Assembly (NCBI RefSeq): GCF_001194135.2 | Contig: NC_069003.1 | Span: forward strand, 31,226,314 to 31,290,313 | Reading direction: 5' to 3' | Source: Octopus bimaculoides | Lineage: Eukaryota | DNA: 64,000 nt | Shown: positions 1 to 10,925 of the stretch, in pieces | Position numbering within the stretch: position 1 is the first letter of the stretch | Layout of the letters: each line of letters opens with the position of its first letter | Made by a program: the position numbers and the translations under genes | Notes under the pieces: model-generated | Database searches by the model: none | What the model was told of the DNA's origin: nothing | The model's input: only the letters and a program-made list of their open reading frames with translations

Positions 1-135
1 CATCCAGCTGTAGAAACTGCCAAATCAGACTGGAGCCTGGTGTTGCCATCCGGTTTCACCAGTCCTCAGTCAAATCGTCCAACCCATGCTAGCATGGAAA
101 GCGGACGTTAAACGATGATGATGATGATGATGATA
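1..135 (+). mobile_element. SINE-like family E (RTE-type 3' tail), cut by window start
   Basis: Ends CCAACCCATGCTAGCATGGAAAGCGGACGTTAAACGATGATGAT(n); near-identical to 49340-49533 and to the reverse complement of 53335-53520. Confidence 0.85.
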
Positions 136-145
136 TATATATATA

Positions 146-410
146 CTCTTTTTACTCTTTTGTTTCAGTCATTTGACTGTAGCCATGCTGGAGCACCGCC
201 TTTAGTCGAGCAAATCGACCCTGGAACTTATTCTTTGTAAGCCTAGTACTTATTCTATCGGTCTCTTTTTGCCGAACCACTAAGTTACAGGGACGTAAAC
301 ACACCAGCATCGGTTGTCAAGCGATGTTGGGGGTGACAAACACAGACACACAAACATATACACACACATACATATATATATACATATATACGATGGGCTT
401 CTTTCAGTTT
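146..410 (-). mobile_element. SINE family D joined through a (CA/TA)n tract to the 3' end of family A
   Basis: TTGTTTCAGTCATTTGACTG..GCCATGCTGGAGCACCGCC block recurs at 6640, 23548, 33455, 52290 and 58300; copy ends in GGGCTTCTTTCAGTTT, the family A tail reversed. Confidence 0.8.
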
Positions 411-454
411 GACAGGAATTGGCAAGGCCTGCTTCCATGATCTGATTTGACACA

Positions 455-580
455 GCTACTATGGTTGGATGTTCTTCCTAGCACCAACTACTTTACAGAG
501 TATATTGGGTCCTTTTTATGTGGCACCATTATCAGTGCATTTTATGTGGCACCAGCTCCTGTGCTTTTTACATGGCACCA
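455..580 (-). mobile_element. Family E fragment with degenerate TGGCAC..TAAAAAGCAC tandem motifs
   Basis: TGGTTGGATGTTCTTCCTAGCACCAAC matches family E in reverse. Confidence 0.6.
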
Positions 581-588
581 TTTTTTTA

Positions 589-790
589 TTTCTTTATTAC
601 CCACAGAGGGGCTAAACATAGAGGGGACAAACAAGGACAGATAAAAAGATTAAGTCAATTACATCGACCCCAGTGTGTAACTGGTACTTATTTAATCGAT
701 CCTGAAAGGATGAAAGGTAAAGTCGACCTAGGCGGAATTTGAACTCAGAACATAACGGCAGCCGAAATACCACTAAGCATTTCGCCAGTG
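589..790 (-). mobile_element. SINE family B
   Basis: Reverse of GAGTTCAAATTCCGCC.AGGTCGACTTT.CCTTTCATCC..GATAAAATAAGTACCAG, which contains a B-box-like GTTCAAATTC. Confidence 0.8.
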
Positions 791-1660
791 CTTTCTACAT
801 TGCACCAGCTCTTGTGCATTTTTACATGACACCATTACCAGTGTTTTTCATATGGCACGATCATCAGTGTTTTTACACGGTGCTAGTACCAGGGCTTTTT
901 ACGTGGTGCCAGCATCAGAGCTTTTCATGTCACACCTTGGTCTTAGAATCTCAAATGATAATATTTATTGACAGACATACATAAACAGACATCTCATCAT
1001 AAGATATAATACAATGTGCTAATCTAGTTAACCAAAAACACACTTGTTCCCCACTCTTACACTTTAAAACACCGCTTGTAGTAATTATTTTCCCATCTTA
1101 TGTCTTCTCATTCAAATTTATTTATTCTGCACATGTAAACTTTTAATTCCTATACTAAATTATTCCGCATCAGAGTAGTTTTTGATAAATTCTACGTTGT
1201 TCTCTTAATCAAGAAATGTAAGTCAACAAACAGACATAGAAAATCGATGACAGAAAATGGTATTTCCCTCGGAACATCTCATTCAAAGAATAAACCGAAA
1301 CGTTTTTCTTTATCTTGACTATTTTTGTTTTTTTGTTTTTAACGAGATGACAGTTTTATTAATCCTTGATGAATACGTTTGACAAAATAAAATATAAAAT
1401 AAGTTAATGTTATGACGAGGACATACTGTCTGAAATGTTGGAATCTGTTGGTATTTTATATTTTGGCTAAAATGGAAAATACCAAGGAAATCACACATCC
1501 AGACACACATACACATATACACACACACACATACATGTACGTACACACACATTCACATGAAGACACACGTACACGCATATGCATACACACACGTATGTCA
1601 ACCTGACTGACACTTTGACATTTTGACCTGAAGAACATCAAGAACAAAACAAAGGATATT

Positions 1661-2070
1661 AAAAGCGCGAACTGGCAGAAACGTTAACATGCTGGGCGAA
1701 ATGCTTAGCCGTATTTCGTCTGTCTTTACGTTCTGAGTTCAAATTCTGCCAAGGTCGACTTTTCCTTTTACCCTTTTGGAGTCAATAAATTAAGTACCAG
1801 TTGCATACTGGGGTTGATCTAATTGACTGGCCCCTTCCCCCAAAATTTCAGATCTTGTGCCTAGAGTAGAAAAGAATTGTTAGCAAGCCAGGCAAAATTC
1901 TTAGTGGCATTCCATCTGTCTTCATGTAGAGTTCAAATCCCAAGTTTGACTTTGCCTTTCATCCTTTCGGAGTTGATAAAATAAGTACCAGTTGATCCCT
2001 GGAGGTCGATGTAATTGACTTAACCCAACCACAAAAATTTCTGACCTTGTTCCAAAATTTGAACCAATAT
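1661..2070 (+). mobile_element. Two tandem SINE family B copies (1661-1876, 1880-2070)
   Basis: GCGAACTGGCAGAAACGTTA..GAGTTCAAATTCTGCCAAGGTCGACTTT..; second copy follows immediately. Confidence 0.8.
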
Positions 2071-2099
2071 ATGTAGTGATTGTGTCTTTGTGTTGTCAA

Positions 2100-2360
2100 A
2101 GGAGACAAAATTGGCATGACCTCAAAAGGGGAGGTTTTTAAGGTTGCATTTCATTGAAACTGTACAGGTTTGGTTTGAGATGCCTGGATTGCATTTGGGT
2201 GATGTTGTTGACATTTGTGTGAAGAAGAAACGGAGCATAGTCTCAGCTGTGTAGATGTCGGCATTGCTCACGACAGCAGATAGATTATTGATGTATCGGA
2301 GTAAAAATCAGTGAGAACAAAACTGAAGTCCATGGCACACTAGAGTTGATTGGCTGTGGA
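2100..2360 (-). mobile_element. Highly degraded LINE reverse transcriptase remnant (CR1/L2/Jockey-like)
   Basis: Frameshifted minus-strand translation SVPWTSVLFSLIF/LLRYINNLSAVVSNADIYTAET resembles GVPQGSVLGPLLFLIYINDL...FADDT. Confidence 0.45.
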
Positions 2361-2382
2361 GGAGAGAAAGCTTTAATATAAG

Positions 2383-2419
<37 letters not shown>

Positions 2420-2897
2420 ACACACAGCGGCCCGATACTGTGTCTTTTGTGCACACACGTTTCTTATGGCTCATATTTGGTTGACATGGTAATATATAAA
2501 TATTTACACATGTATATCTTTTATCTGACTGCATGGTGGGGTGAGGTAGGGGGCAAGAGGTGGTGTGAAGGTAGGGTAAAGTGAACACGGAGATGAGGCT
2601 GGGGTGGGTGTGGTTGAAATAAAGGTCAAGATGGGTAGAAGGGAGGGAGGGAAGGAGAGACTAAATTGTCTGGATGAAGGGGGTTGTTAGTTGGTCCCAG
2701 GTCAGCACTAACACGTCAGAGATTTGATCAAAGACATTCCAACCATGACTATCCAGTCGTTTTTATATGAGCAAGAAACATAGGACCACATGGGGGAATT
2801 TCAACCATGTTTCATGGTCTGCTACCACAACAGGGGGACCACATTATACCATCATGGACCACATTATACCATCATGTCTTTTTCGAAGACATTAGAA

Positions 2898-3052
2898 CAG
2901 GCATGGGCAATCCTTTTTGAGGAGTGGGCCACATGAGACATGGTTCATCATCAGAAGGGCCACACTAACAAAACTAATTCAAAGTCATTTTTTTTTTTTG
3001 GCAGGCGTCGCCATTCAAGAAGACCCACGGGCCACATGTTGGCCACGACTGT
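2898..3052 (+). mobile_element. hAT-type MITE fragment
   Basis: Starts CAGGCATGGGCAATCCTTTTT, with repeated subterminal GGGCCACA motifs; no right TIR found. Confidence 0.5.
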
Positions 3053-3315
3053 GTTAGGGGATGATTTGAAAGAGGTTTGATTGTTATTTCTGGCAAGTTG
3101 AGTGACCACACAAAGGCTCTCTCATTGGTTTGGGCTGGAAAGAAATCGAGAATGACAGAGAGAAAGAAAGAGTGAGAGAGAGAGAGAGAGAGAGAGAGCG
3201 TAGGTTGATGAGGAGAGAGAGATACATGTCTGTACATGTTGTAACACTCCTAGAAGTCTTCCTTTGTATCTTCAATATTGAATTATTAGACTTATATATT
3301 TATTGAACAGTTACA

Positions 3316-3356
3316 ATGATTATTATTATTATTATTATTATTGTTATTATTATTAC

Positions 3357-3428
<72 letters not shown>

Positions 3429-3523
3429 TAATATTATTATTATTATTACTATTATTAGTAGTACTATTATTATTATTATTACTAATATTATTATTATTAT
3501 TATTACTATTATTAGTAGTACTA

Positions 3524-3557
<34 letters not shown>

Positions 3558-3649
3558 CATTATTATTATTATTATTACTATTGTTATTATTATTATAATT
3601 ATTATTATTATCATTATTATTATTATTACTGTTGTTATTATTATTATCA

Positions 3650-3680
<31 letters not shown>

Positions 3681-3830
3681 TGTTATTATTATTATTATTA
3701 TTACTATTGTTATTATTATTATTATTATTATTACTATTGTTATTATTATTATTATTACTATTGTTATTGTAACCATCATCATCATCACCATCGTCGTTGT
3801 CATTGTTGTTGTTCTTGTTGTTATTGGTTG
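3316..3830. repeat. Compound (ATT)n trinucleotide microsatellite grading into (ATC)/(GTT)
   Basis: Direct reading; source of the poly-N/poly-I/poly-L ORFs. Confidence 0.97.
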
Positions 3831-4134
3831 TCATTGTTATTTCTGTTCTCGATGACTGTTGATGCCACTGCCACTGCGACTACTGCTGCTCTTTCTTGTC
3901 TCACTAAAACAGTCTCTGTCCATATATGCATATGTATCGATGATGGATAGCCACGTGGTTAACAAATTTGCTTTGCAATCTTGAGGTCCCAAGTTCGATC
4001 CAACAGTGTGACCTTTTGGAGATGTGAAGTTTTTCTAAAATAACTTTTTGAGTCGACATACATACATACACACACATATATATATATATGTATGTATATG
4101 TGTGTATGTGTGTGTACATATATGTATAAGTGAA

Positions 4135-4295
4135 AGCATGGCTGTGTGGTAAGAAGCTTCCTTCCCAACCACATAGTTCTGGGTTCATTCCCACTGTGTG
4201 GCATCTTGGGCAAGTGTCTTCTACGATAGCCTTAGGCTGACCAAAGCCTTGAGAGAGATTTGATATACGGAAACTGAAAGGAGCCTGTCGTACAT
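4135..4295 (+). mobile_element. SINE family A (tRNA-like head)
   Basis: GGCTGTGTGGTAAG (A-box-like), GGGTTCATTCCC (B-box-like), then CTTGGGCAAGTGTCTTCTAC..CCAAAGCCTTG..GGAAACTGAAAG; more than 12 copies in window. Confidence 0.85.
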
Positions 4296-4334
4296 ATATA
4301 TATATAATATATATATATCTGTAAAAATATGTGA

Positions 4335-4429
4335 CAATTATTCGGTAGCCATGATAAAACTCCAAGTTTCAGACGCCAGGGCGGAAACCCACGCTGCCAT
4401 CTCTTCAGTTATCTGGCCATCGAAAATTG
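4335..4429 (-). ncRNA. Type I hammerhead ribozyme-like fold
   Basis: Minus strand: CUGAAGA (4408-4402), stem II, GAAA (4370-4367), stem III ACU-ugg-AGU, cleavage triplet GUU (4360-4358). Stem I of about 21 bp pairs 4429-4409 with 4357-4335. Confidence 0.7.
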
Positions 4430-4682
4430 GAAGCCTAACACCAAATGCCAGACTGAAAATCAATCAAATACATATAGAATAATACTGGCCAAACAGCCAG
4501 CAGTATTGTGAAAAGCATTTGGGGCATGTAAAAATTAGCTATAAGCACCAGAAGCAACTTTTATAATAAATATCAATTAGCAAATCCTAACTAACCTGGT
4601 TGTGTTGTTTATATGATTGTAGATTGTGTTAAACATCCTGAAAAATCATTTTGTATAGATGAAAAATGCTAAACAGTATCGA

Positions 4683-4846
4683 AGTGGCTATGTGGTAAGT
4701 AGCTTGCTTACCAACCACATGGTTCTGGGTTCGGTCCCACTGCATGGCACCTTGGGCAAGTGTCTTCTACTATAGCTTCGGGCCGACCAAAGCCTTGTGA
4801 GCGGATTTGGTAGATGGAAACTGACAGAAGCCCATCGTGTATATAT
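4683..4846 (+). mobile_element. SINE family A
   Basis: Full head-to-tail match to the family A pattern; runs into (TA)n and a gap. Confidence 0.85.
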
Positions 4847-5672
4847 NNNNNNNNNNNNNNNNNNNNNNNNNNNNNNNNNNNNNNNNNNNNNNNNNNNNNN
4901 NNNNNNNNNNNNNNNNNNNNNNNNNNNNNNNNNNNNNNNNNNNNNNNNNNNNNNNNNNNNNNNNNNNNNNNNNNNNNNNNNNNNNNNNNNNNNNNNNNNN
5001 NNNNNNNNNNNNNNNNNNNNNNNNNNNNNNNNNNNNNNNNNNNNNNNNNNNNNNNNNNNNNNNNNNNNNNNNNNNNNNNNNNNNNNNNNNNNNNNNNNNN
5101 NNNNNNNNNNNNNNNNNNNNNNNNNNNNNNNNNNNNNNNNNNNNNNNNNNNNNNNNNNNNNNNNNNNNNNNNNNNNNNNNNNNNNNNNNNNNNNNNNNNN
5201 NNNNNNNNNNNNNNNNNNNNNNNNNNNNNNNNNNNNNNNNNNNNNNNNNNNNNNNNNNNNNNNNNNNNNNNNNNNNNNNNNNNNNNNNNNNNNNNNNNNN
5301 NNNNNNNNNNNNNNNNNNNNNNNNNNNNNNNNNNNNNNNNNNNNNNNNNNNNNNNNNNNNNNNNNNNNNNNNNNNNNNNNNNNNNNNNNNNNNNNNNNNN
5401 NNNNNNNNNNNNNNNNNNNNNNNNNNNNNNNNNNNNNNNNNNNNNNNNNNNNNNNNNNNNNNNNNNNNNNNNNNNNNNNNNNNNNNNNNNNNNNNNNNNN
5501 NNNNNNNNNNNNNNNNNNNNNNNNNNNNNNNNNNNNNNNNNNNNNNNNNNNNNNNNNNNNNNNNNNNNNNNNNNNNNNNNNNNNNNNNNNNNNNNNNNNN
5601 NNNNNNNNNNNNNNNNNNNNNNNNNNNNNNNNNNNNNNNNNNNNNNNNNNNNNNNNNNNNNNNNNNNNNNNN
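4847..5672. other. Assembly gap (largest of 12 N-runs)
   Basis: N-run; X-rich ORFs spanning gaps are artefacts. Confidence 0.99.
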
Positions 5673-5789
5673 GGGAGATGGGAATAGAGGGGGGAGATGG
5701 GAATAGAGGGGGGAGATGGGAATAGAGGGGGAGATGGGAATAGAGGGGGAGATGGGAATAGAGGGGGAGATGGGAATAGAGGGGGAGAG
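5673..5789 (+). repeat. 18-19 bp G-rich minisatellite (ATGGGAATAGAGGGGGAG)n
   Basis: About 6 visible units abutting the gap. Confidence 0.9.
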
Positions 5790-6078
5790 AGATATGAAAG
5801 GGTAGACAAGAGAGGGATGTGAAAAGGTAAGAGAGAGAAGGTGTGAGAGAGAAAGAGAAAGAGATGAAATGGTCAAAGAGGGAGAGACAAATATAAGAGG
5901 GAGAGAAAGAAAGAGAGAAGCAAGTATATGAGAGAAAGAGAGAGAGAGAGAGGCAGCATAAGAGGGAGAGGCACAGAGAGAGAGGCACAGAGAGAGAGAG
6001 GCACAGAGAGAGAGTTACGCATTGAAAAAGCAGAGTTGCAAGGAAAAGAAAAGTTACAAAGAGAGAAAAACAAAGAAA

Positions 6079-6120
<42 letters not shown>

Positions 6121-6170
6121 TAGTGAGGGAGACAGACAGACAGGCAAGCAGACAGACAAAGTGGGTGAGG
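5790..6170. repeat. Degenerate (GA)n polypurine tract
   Basis: Direct reading. Confidence 0.85.
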
Positions 6171-6550
6171 CTGTCTTAAAAAGAAATATCCAATAGACAT
6201 TTAATTAATACAGCCCCCTGCCTTCTTCGTCCCCTGGTCACTCAACGGAGCTATTTACACATCATAATGCAGCGACATGATTGGTTGATATTGATTTCTT
6301 CTTCTGAAGTCTGAAGAAATGATAATGCACCAGACTAAACATCTTACAATATTTATTTTAAATCCTTGTATATAGTTCCAATTCAAACTGTGCCACTCAC
6401 TAACTCAAACATTTGTTTCATTGTCTTCCATGCAGATGGCGTCTCTGGGTAATTTAGTTTCTAAATAATCCAAGTTCACCAGACCGAACAAATGTATATA
6501 CTTACAGTCTTGTGCAATCCAACATTATTATTATTATTGTGTTGTTGTTG

Positions 6551-6591
<41 letters not shown>

Positions 6592-6639
6592 TACTTTTAA
6601 CTGACCCTGACATATATGTGTATGTGTGTGTGTACCTGT

Positions 6640-6823
6640 CTGTCTTTGTGTCTGTGTTTACATTCCTATAACTTAGCAGTTCAGCAAAAGGGAAGATAGA
6701 ATAAATACTAGGCTTACAAAAAATTCACTGAGATGACTCATTTGACTAAAAAATCTAGAAGGTGATGCCGCAGCATGGCCTAAGTCGAATGACTGAAACA
6801 AGTAAAAGATAAAAGATAAAAGA
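6640..6823 (+). mobile_element. SINE family D
   Basis: AACTTAGCAGTTCAGCAAAAG..CAGCATGGCC..GACTGAAACAAGTAAAAGATAAAAG. Confidence 0.7.
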
Positions 6824-7740
6824 ACAGTGTATGAATATGTTTTGTAAATAAATATATTATGTTTACATTTAAAACATACGGGTAGTAATATATTTTGTTT
6901 TGTATAGCTTGTATTGCGATTGCTAGTTTGTTATTTAAAAACTGGCAGACTCAGAAGCTCTGATGTTCAAAGTATCTTTTTTTTTTATTCAAAGGCATCA
7001 TAAAAATGTTTGGGGATGTATTGGAAAAAATCATGTTGAGATACTTATTGCTGGTTTTAACATGTGATTGCATAACTTAATTTTCTTCCGTGGATAAAAT
7101 ATATTTGTATATTTTAATATCAATAACCTTATATAAACACACATCTACAGATGTACGGAGACAGGAAATGACATATTTTTTTTTTATTTCTGTTCATCAT
7201 ATGAAATAGGATAACATGAAAAGTGTATGCTTTAGCAATGGAATTAACTATTGGAAATAGTAAGATATTAAAAAATGTTATCTCGTGGTTTAACATTTCA
7301 AAAACGCTTGTGATGAATTACAGTTCATCATTTAGTTGAAAAGAAAATTGAAAACCACATTTTGATAAAAATATGTAATTTGAATTGGAATTTTTAAGAA
7401 TTTTCTAGATAATAGGGACTTTAAGTATTGCTTTCTTTCAGTAAAAGTTACATAATTCCAAATAAGTAATATGTAGCTTTCTCTCTTATGACAAAGATAT
7501 ACACACACTTATGAGTACTAGCTTTACCAGAAAAATTACAATCAGTTGATCACTCAACAAGCCATTATATCACTCTCCTTTAAATATTGCCTATAAATAT
7601 CCTGTAGCAGATGATGGGATCATGAAACTGAATGGTTATGGGCTAGTTGTGCCCACGTTCAGTCCTGAACACCTGGCTGCTAGACATAGTAGAGAATCGC
7701 CACATCAACAAGCCATTATGTCCCTCTCCTTTAAATATTG

Positions 7741-8010
7741 AGGGTTAGCAATGAGTATAGTGAAGAATTCTGAGTAGAAGTAGGGGTTTGCCAAGGATCA
7801 GTCTTCAACCCCCTCTTATTCATCATAGTCCTCCAGTCAATAACAGAGGAATTCAAGGCAGGCTGCCCCTGGGAGCTCCTCTATGCTGATGACCTTGCTC
7901 TAATAGCCAAGTCACTGCCAGAAATAGAGAGGAAGTTTAGGGTGTGGCAGCAAGGTCTAGGATTGAAGGGCCTTAGGGTTAACCTAGCAAAAACCAAAGT
8001 CTTAGTAAGT
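7741..8010 (+). mobile_element. RTE-clade LINE reverse transcriptase fragment
   Basis: RVSNEYSEEF*VEVGVCQGSVFNPLLFIIVLQSITEEFKAGCPWELLYADDLALIA...GLRVNLAKTKVLVS, with YADD motif and one stop. Confidence 0.9.
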
Positions 8011-8330
8011 CTGGCATGTAAAAAAGCACCATCCGAATATAGCTGGTGCCAGTGCCCCCTGACTGGCTCACATGCTGGTGGCACGTAAAAAGTACTATCT
8101 GAACGTAGCTGATGCCAGGCCCACCTGACTGGCTCCTGTACTGGTGGCACATAAAAAGCACCCACTATACTGTCATAGTGGTTGGCATTAGGAAGGACAT
8201 CCAGTTGTAGAAACTTTGGCAGATCAGATTAGAGCCTGGTGCAGTCTTCTGTATCTCCTGACCTCAATCAAACTGTCGAACCCATGCCAGCTTGGAAAAC
8301 AGACGTTAAACGATGATGATAATGATGATT
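8011..8330 (+). mobile_element. Family E with internal tandem TGGCAC.TAAAAAGCAC units and RTE-type tail
   Basis: Ends CCCATGCCAGCTTGGAAAACAGACGTTAAACGATGATGAT. Confidence 0.75.
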
Positions 8331-8334
8331 TACA

Positions 8335-9070
8335 CCAATGCCTAGATGTTCATTACATGGAACAGTTCTAAAGAGAGGAAGCTTCCATTCGTTGTTTATT
8401 TTTTCTGATACAATGTAGTAATTTTGATCCTGTTTAGCTTAAAAAACACTCACTTCATTGTGGGTATATGATATATTGAGATGTTTTCTCTTACAATTCC
8501 TACGTGCACTAATCTCACATGTTTCCCCATTCTTGAATCACTTGGTTATTCCCTATTCAATTATTTCACATGTCCAACAGTAAAAGTCTCTGTAATTTGT
8601 TACCTGCATTATTATTTATTTCTGTTTTTTGTTTTTTTTTTCCTTCTGAAGTAAATTTCACTTTTGATAAGAGTCTTTTGAAATTTGGTGGTTATCTTCA
8701 GCTGCTGACAATTTGGGATTCTTCAATTATTTTTCTAAGATTTGATGAATGATATAGCACTAGAAGGTATTGTTTAACTGAATCTTTGATCGTGTGGTTT
8801 CTAAGATTATGGAATATTTATATTTGTGTTTTTGTCTTCACTTTTATTGTGAAGGTTTCTCCATAAAATAGAGATTGGTATCTCTTTTACCTCAGTAATG
8901 GCATGATTCACTAAGTATTCGGAGCATTTTTCTTTCTAAAGGAATATATTCAGCTCCAGTTGTTTCTCTCATCTATTTGTGTCTTTAACTAATGAACATT
9001 AATGCCATGTCATATTGAATGAGACACTTCTTTAGTGTGGGATAGGTGGCAAGATTTGAAACCAAAACAT
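8335..9070 (-). mobile_element. Penelope-like element remnant (RT thumb to GIY-YIG region)
   Basis: Minus-strand SS*R*PPNFKRLLSKVKF and a decayed *TGSKL...PCNEHL GIY-YIG-like segment; many stops. Confidence 0.55.
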
Positions 9071-9273
9071 TGGTGCTTGTTCGTGTCCTTGCAGTAGAGA
9101 TCAGTTGTAACAATTTTAATTTTCTGTAAATATCAGGATTTCTAAAACAGAAAATTTCCTTTCATTTATTCCCACAGTGAAATGGATCAATTCAAGAATG
9201 TCATTTATTAAGTTAAATGAATCTTGTAAGGTATTCCTTACTTCAGTTCCAAAATATGAATCAATCACCCATG

Positions 9274-9537
9274 TATCAGGTCATCCCATAAGTTCTGTCC
9301 GATTTTACCTTTTTTTAAAATTGAATGAAATTTAATAGTATTTTAGAATGTCTAATGGAATTAAAAATTATTTTTATGCATTTGTGTACATTTAAACTAA
9401 TTGAATATTATTTTACAGAATAATAGAATTGAAATTTCCCTTGATTAAAACCCTTTCTAACATGGAAGTATCCAAAGAGCATTTGAGGCACATAATGCTT
9501 TATGAGTAGAAAAAAGGACTTATGGGCTGACCTGATA
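9274..9537 (+). mobile_element. Internally deleted mariner element
   Basis: TIRs TATCAGGTCATCCCATAAGT / ACTTATGGGCTGACCTGATA; retains transposase start MEVSKEHLRHIMLYE* at 9462. Confidence 0.85.
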
Positions 9538-9702
9538 TATTTTTTGGTTTCCTTTTAAATGGAGAGAGAGTGGAAACGGGAGAACAAGAAAGAAAGAACT
9601 GGGGGTAGAGAAAAAGTAGGACAAAGAGAGTAAGAATTAAATAATGAGAAAGAGAAATATATGACAACAGAATAATACATTGCTAAAAAGAGAGTGGGGG
9701 AA

Positions 9703-9759
<57 letters not shown>

Positions 9760-10515
9760 GAGAGAGAGAGAATGGATAGACTAGTTAGAGAAATCAATAC
9801 AACTATTACAATATCAACAACAACAATACTGACAAAACTGATGGAGCCAAAGACATATCATGTGACTAACAAACATAAAACTGTTTTAGATTTTCTTGTC
9901 ACAGTTTTAATTTCAGTTTGAATGTTATCATACGTTAAAGAAATATTGGAAAAGCTAAAGAAAATAGTGTTAATATGGGTGCATGCGACCCCCATAATTC
10001 TATTTTAAATAGCTTTGGTCTGTGTGTAGTTGTGTGTAAAACACAGTGTCACTGTTATGTTTTGAAGATTAAGATTTTATTATGTTTTGGCACTTAAGAG
10101 AATATTTGGTAACTGTGTTTCATGTGCATAATTCTTTCTTTAATAGTCAAAACAAAAAAAAATTAATAAATAAATAAAAGAAGAAATAACAGTAGTTTCA
10201 ATATTATTACTCACGATTCCATTTCCCCGAAATTCTTATCTTGTCTCAAAACATTTTCGTATCAAATGAGCTGACATGTTTGAATTGTCATAATGAAATA
10301 ATCAAAATAACAATAAAGAACTAAGAATCATTGTCACATTATTGCCAAAAGGAATATTGGAAAAACCAAAAAAAAAAAAAATAAAATAAAATAAAAAAAA
10401 AATTTTTTTAAATGTTGCCCAAAGACGTTGGTATTTACTTGCATAAAAACAACAAAAAAAAATATTAAAATTAGGTTTTATATGAACAGGCATAACCTTA
10501 GACTTTCCAAATTAC

Positions 10516-10575
10516 CTTGTTGCATTATTTTATCTGATATAACTTTTCTCCAGATATCTCCATCATTGTGATGTT
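10516..10575 (-). CDS. Candidate 60-nt coding exon, unknown gene
   Basis: tag|...AAG|gtaatt; only one frame open (HHNDGDIWRKVISDKIMQQ); no homology recognised. Confidence 0.2.
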
Positions 10576-10764
10576 CTATAATACAAACCTTATAACTAAT
10601 TCTAAAATTCCATTTATGTTTTGCCTAGTATCATCATCATCTATCGATCATTTTGTGTAAGCATAAATTACGTCAGTTACATAATAGATATTTCCATATA
10701 TTGTGATATTGTATTGTTCTCTCACTCCTTAACTTTCGATCTTTGATAATCTCATTTGTAGTTT

Positions 10765-10925
10765 CAGGAATGGCTGTGTGGTAAGGAGTCTGCTTCCCAA
10801 CCACATGGTTTCAGGTTCAGTCCCACTGTGTGGAACCTTGGGCAAGTGTTTTCTACTATATCTTCAGGTTAACTGTAATTTTTGTGAGTGGATTTGGTAG
10901 ACGGAAACCAAAATAAGCCTGCCGT
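10765..10925 (+). mobile_element. SINE family A
   Basis: GGCTGTGTGGTAAG..GGTTCAGTCCC..CCTTGGGCAAGTG. Confidence 0.8.

Noticed and set aside
3292-3855. Long poly-N/poly-I/poly-L ORFs
   Set aside because: They are translations of an (ATT)n microsatellite, open in several frames on both strands, with no splice or coding signal
4688-6159. Longest ORFs in the track (and all other X-rich ORFs)
   Set aside because: They span N-gaps and simple repeats
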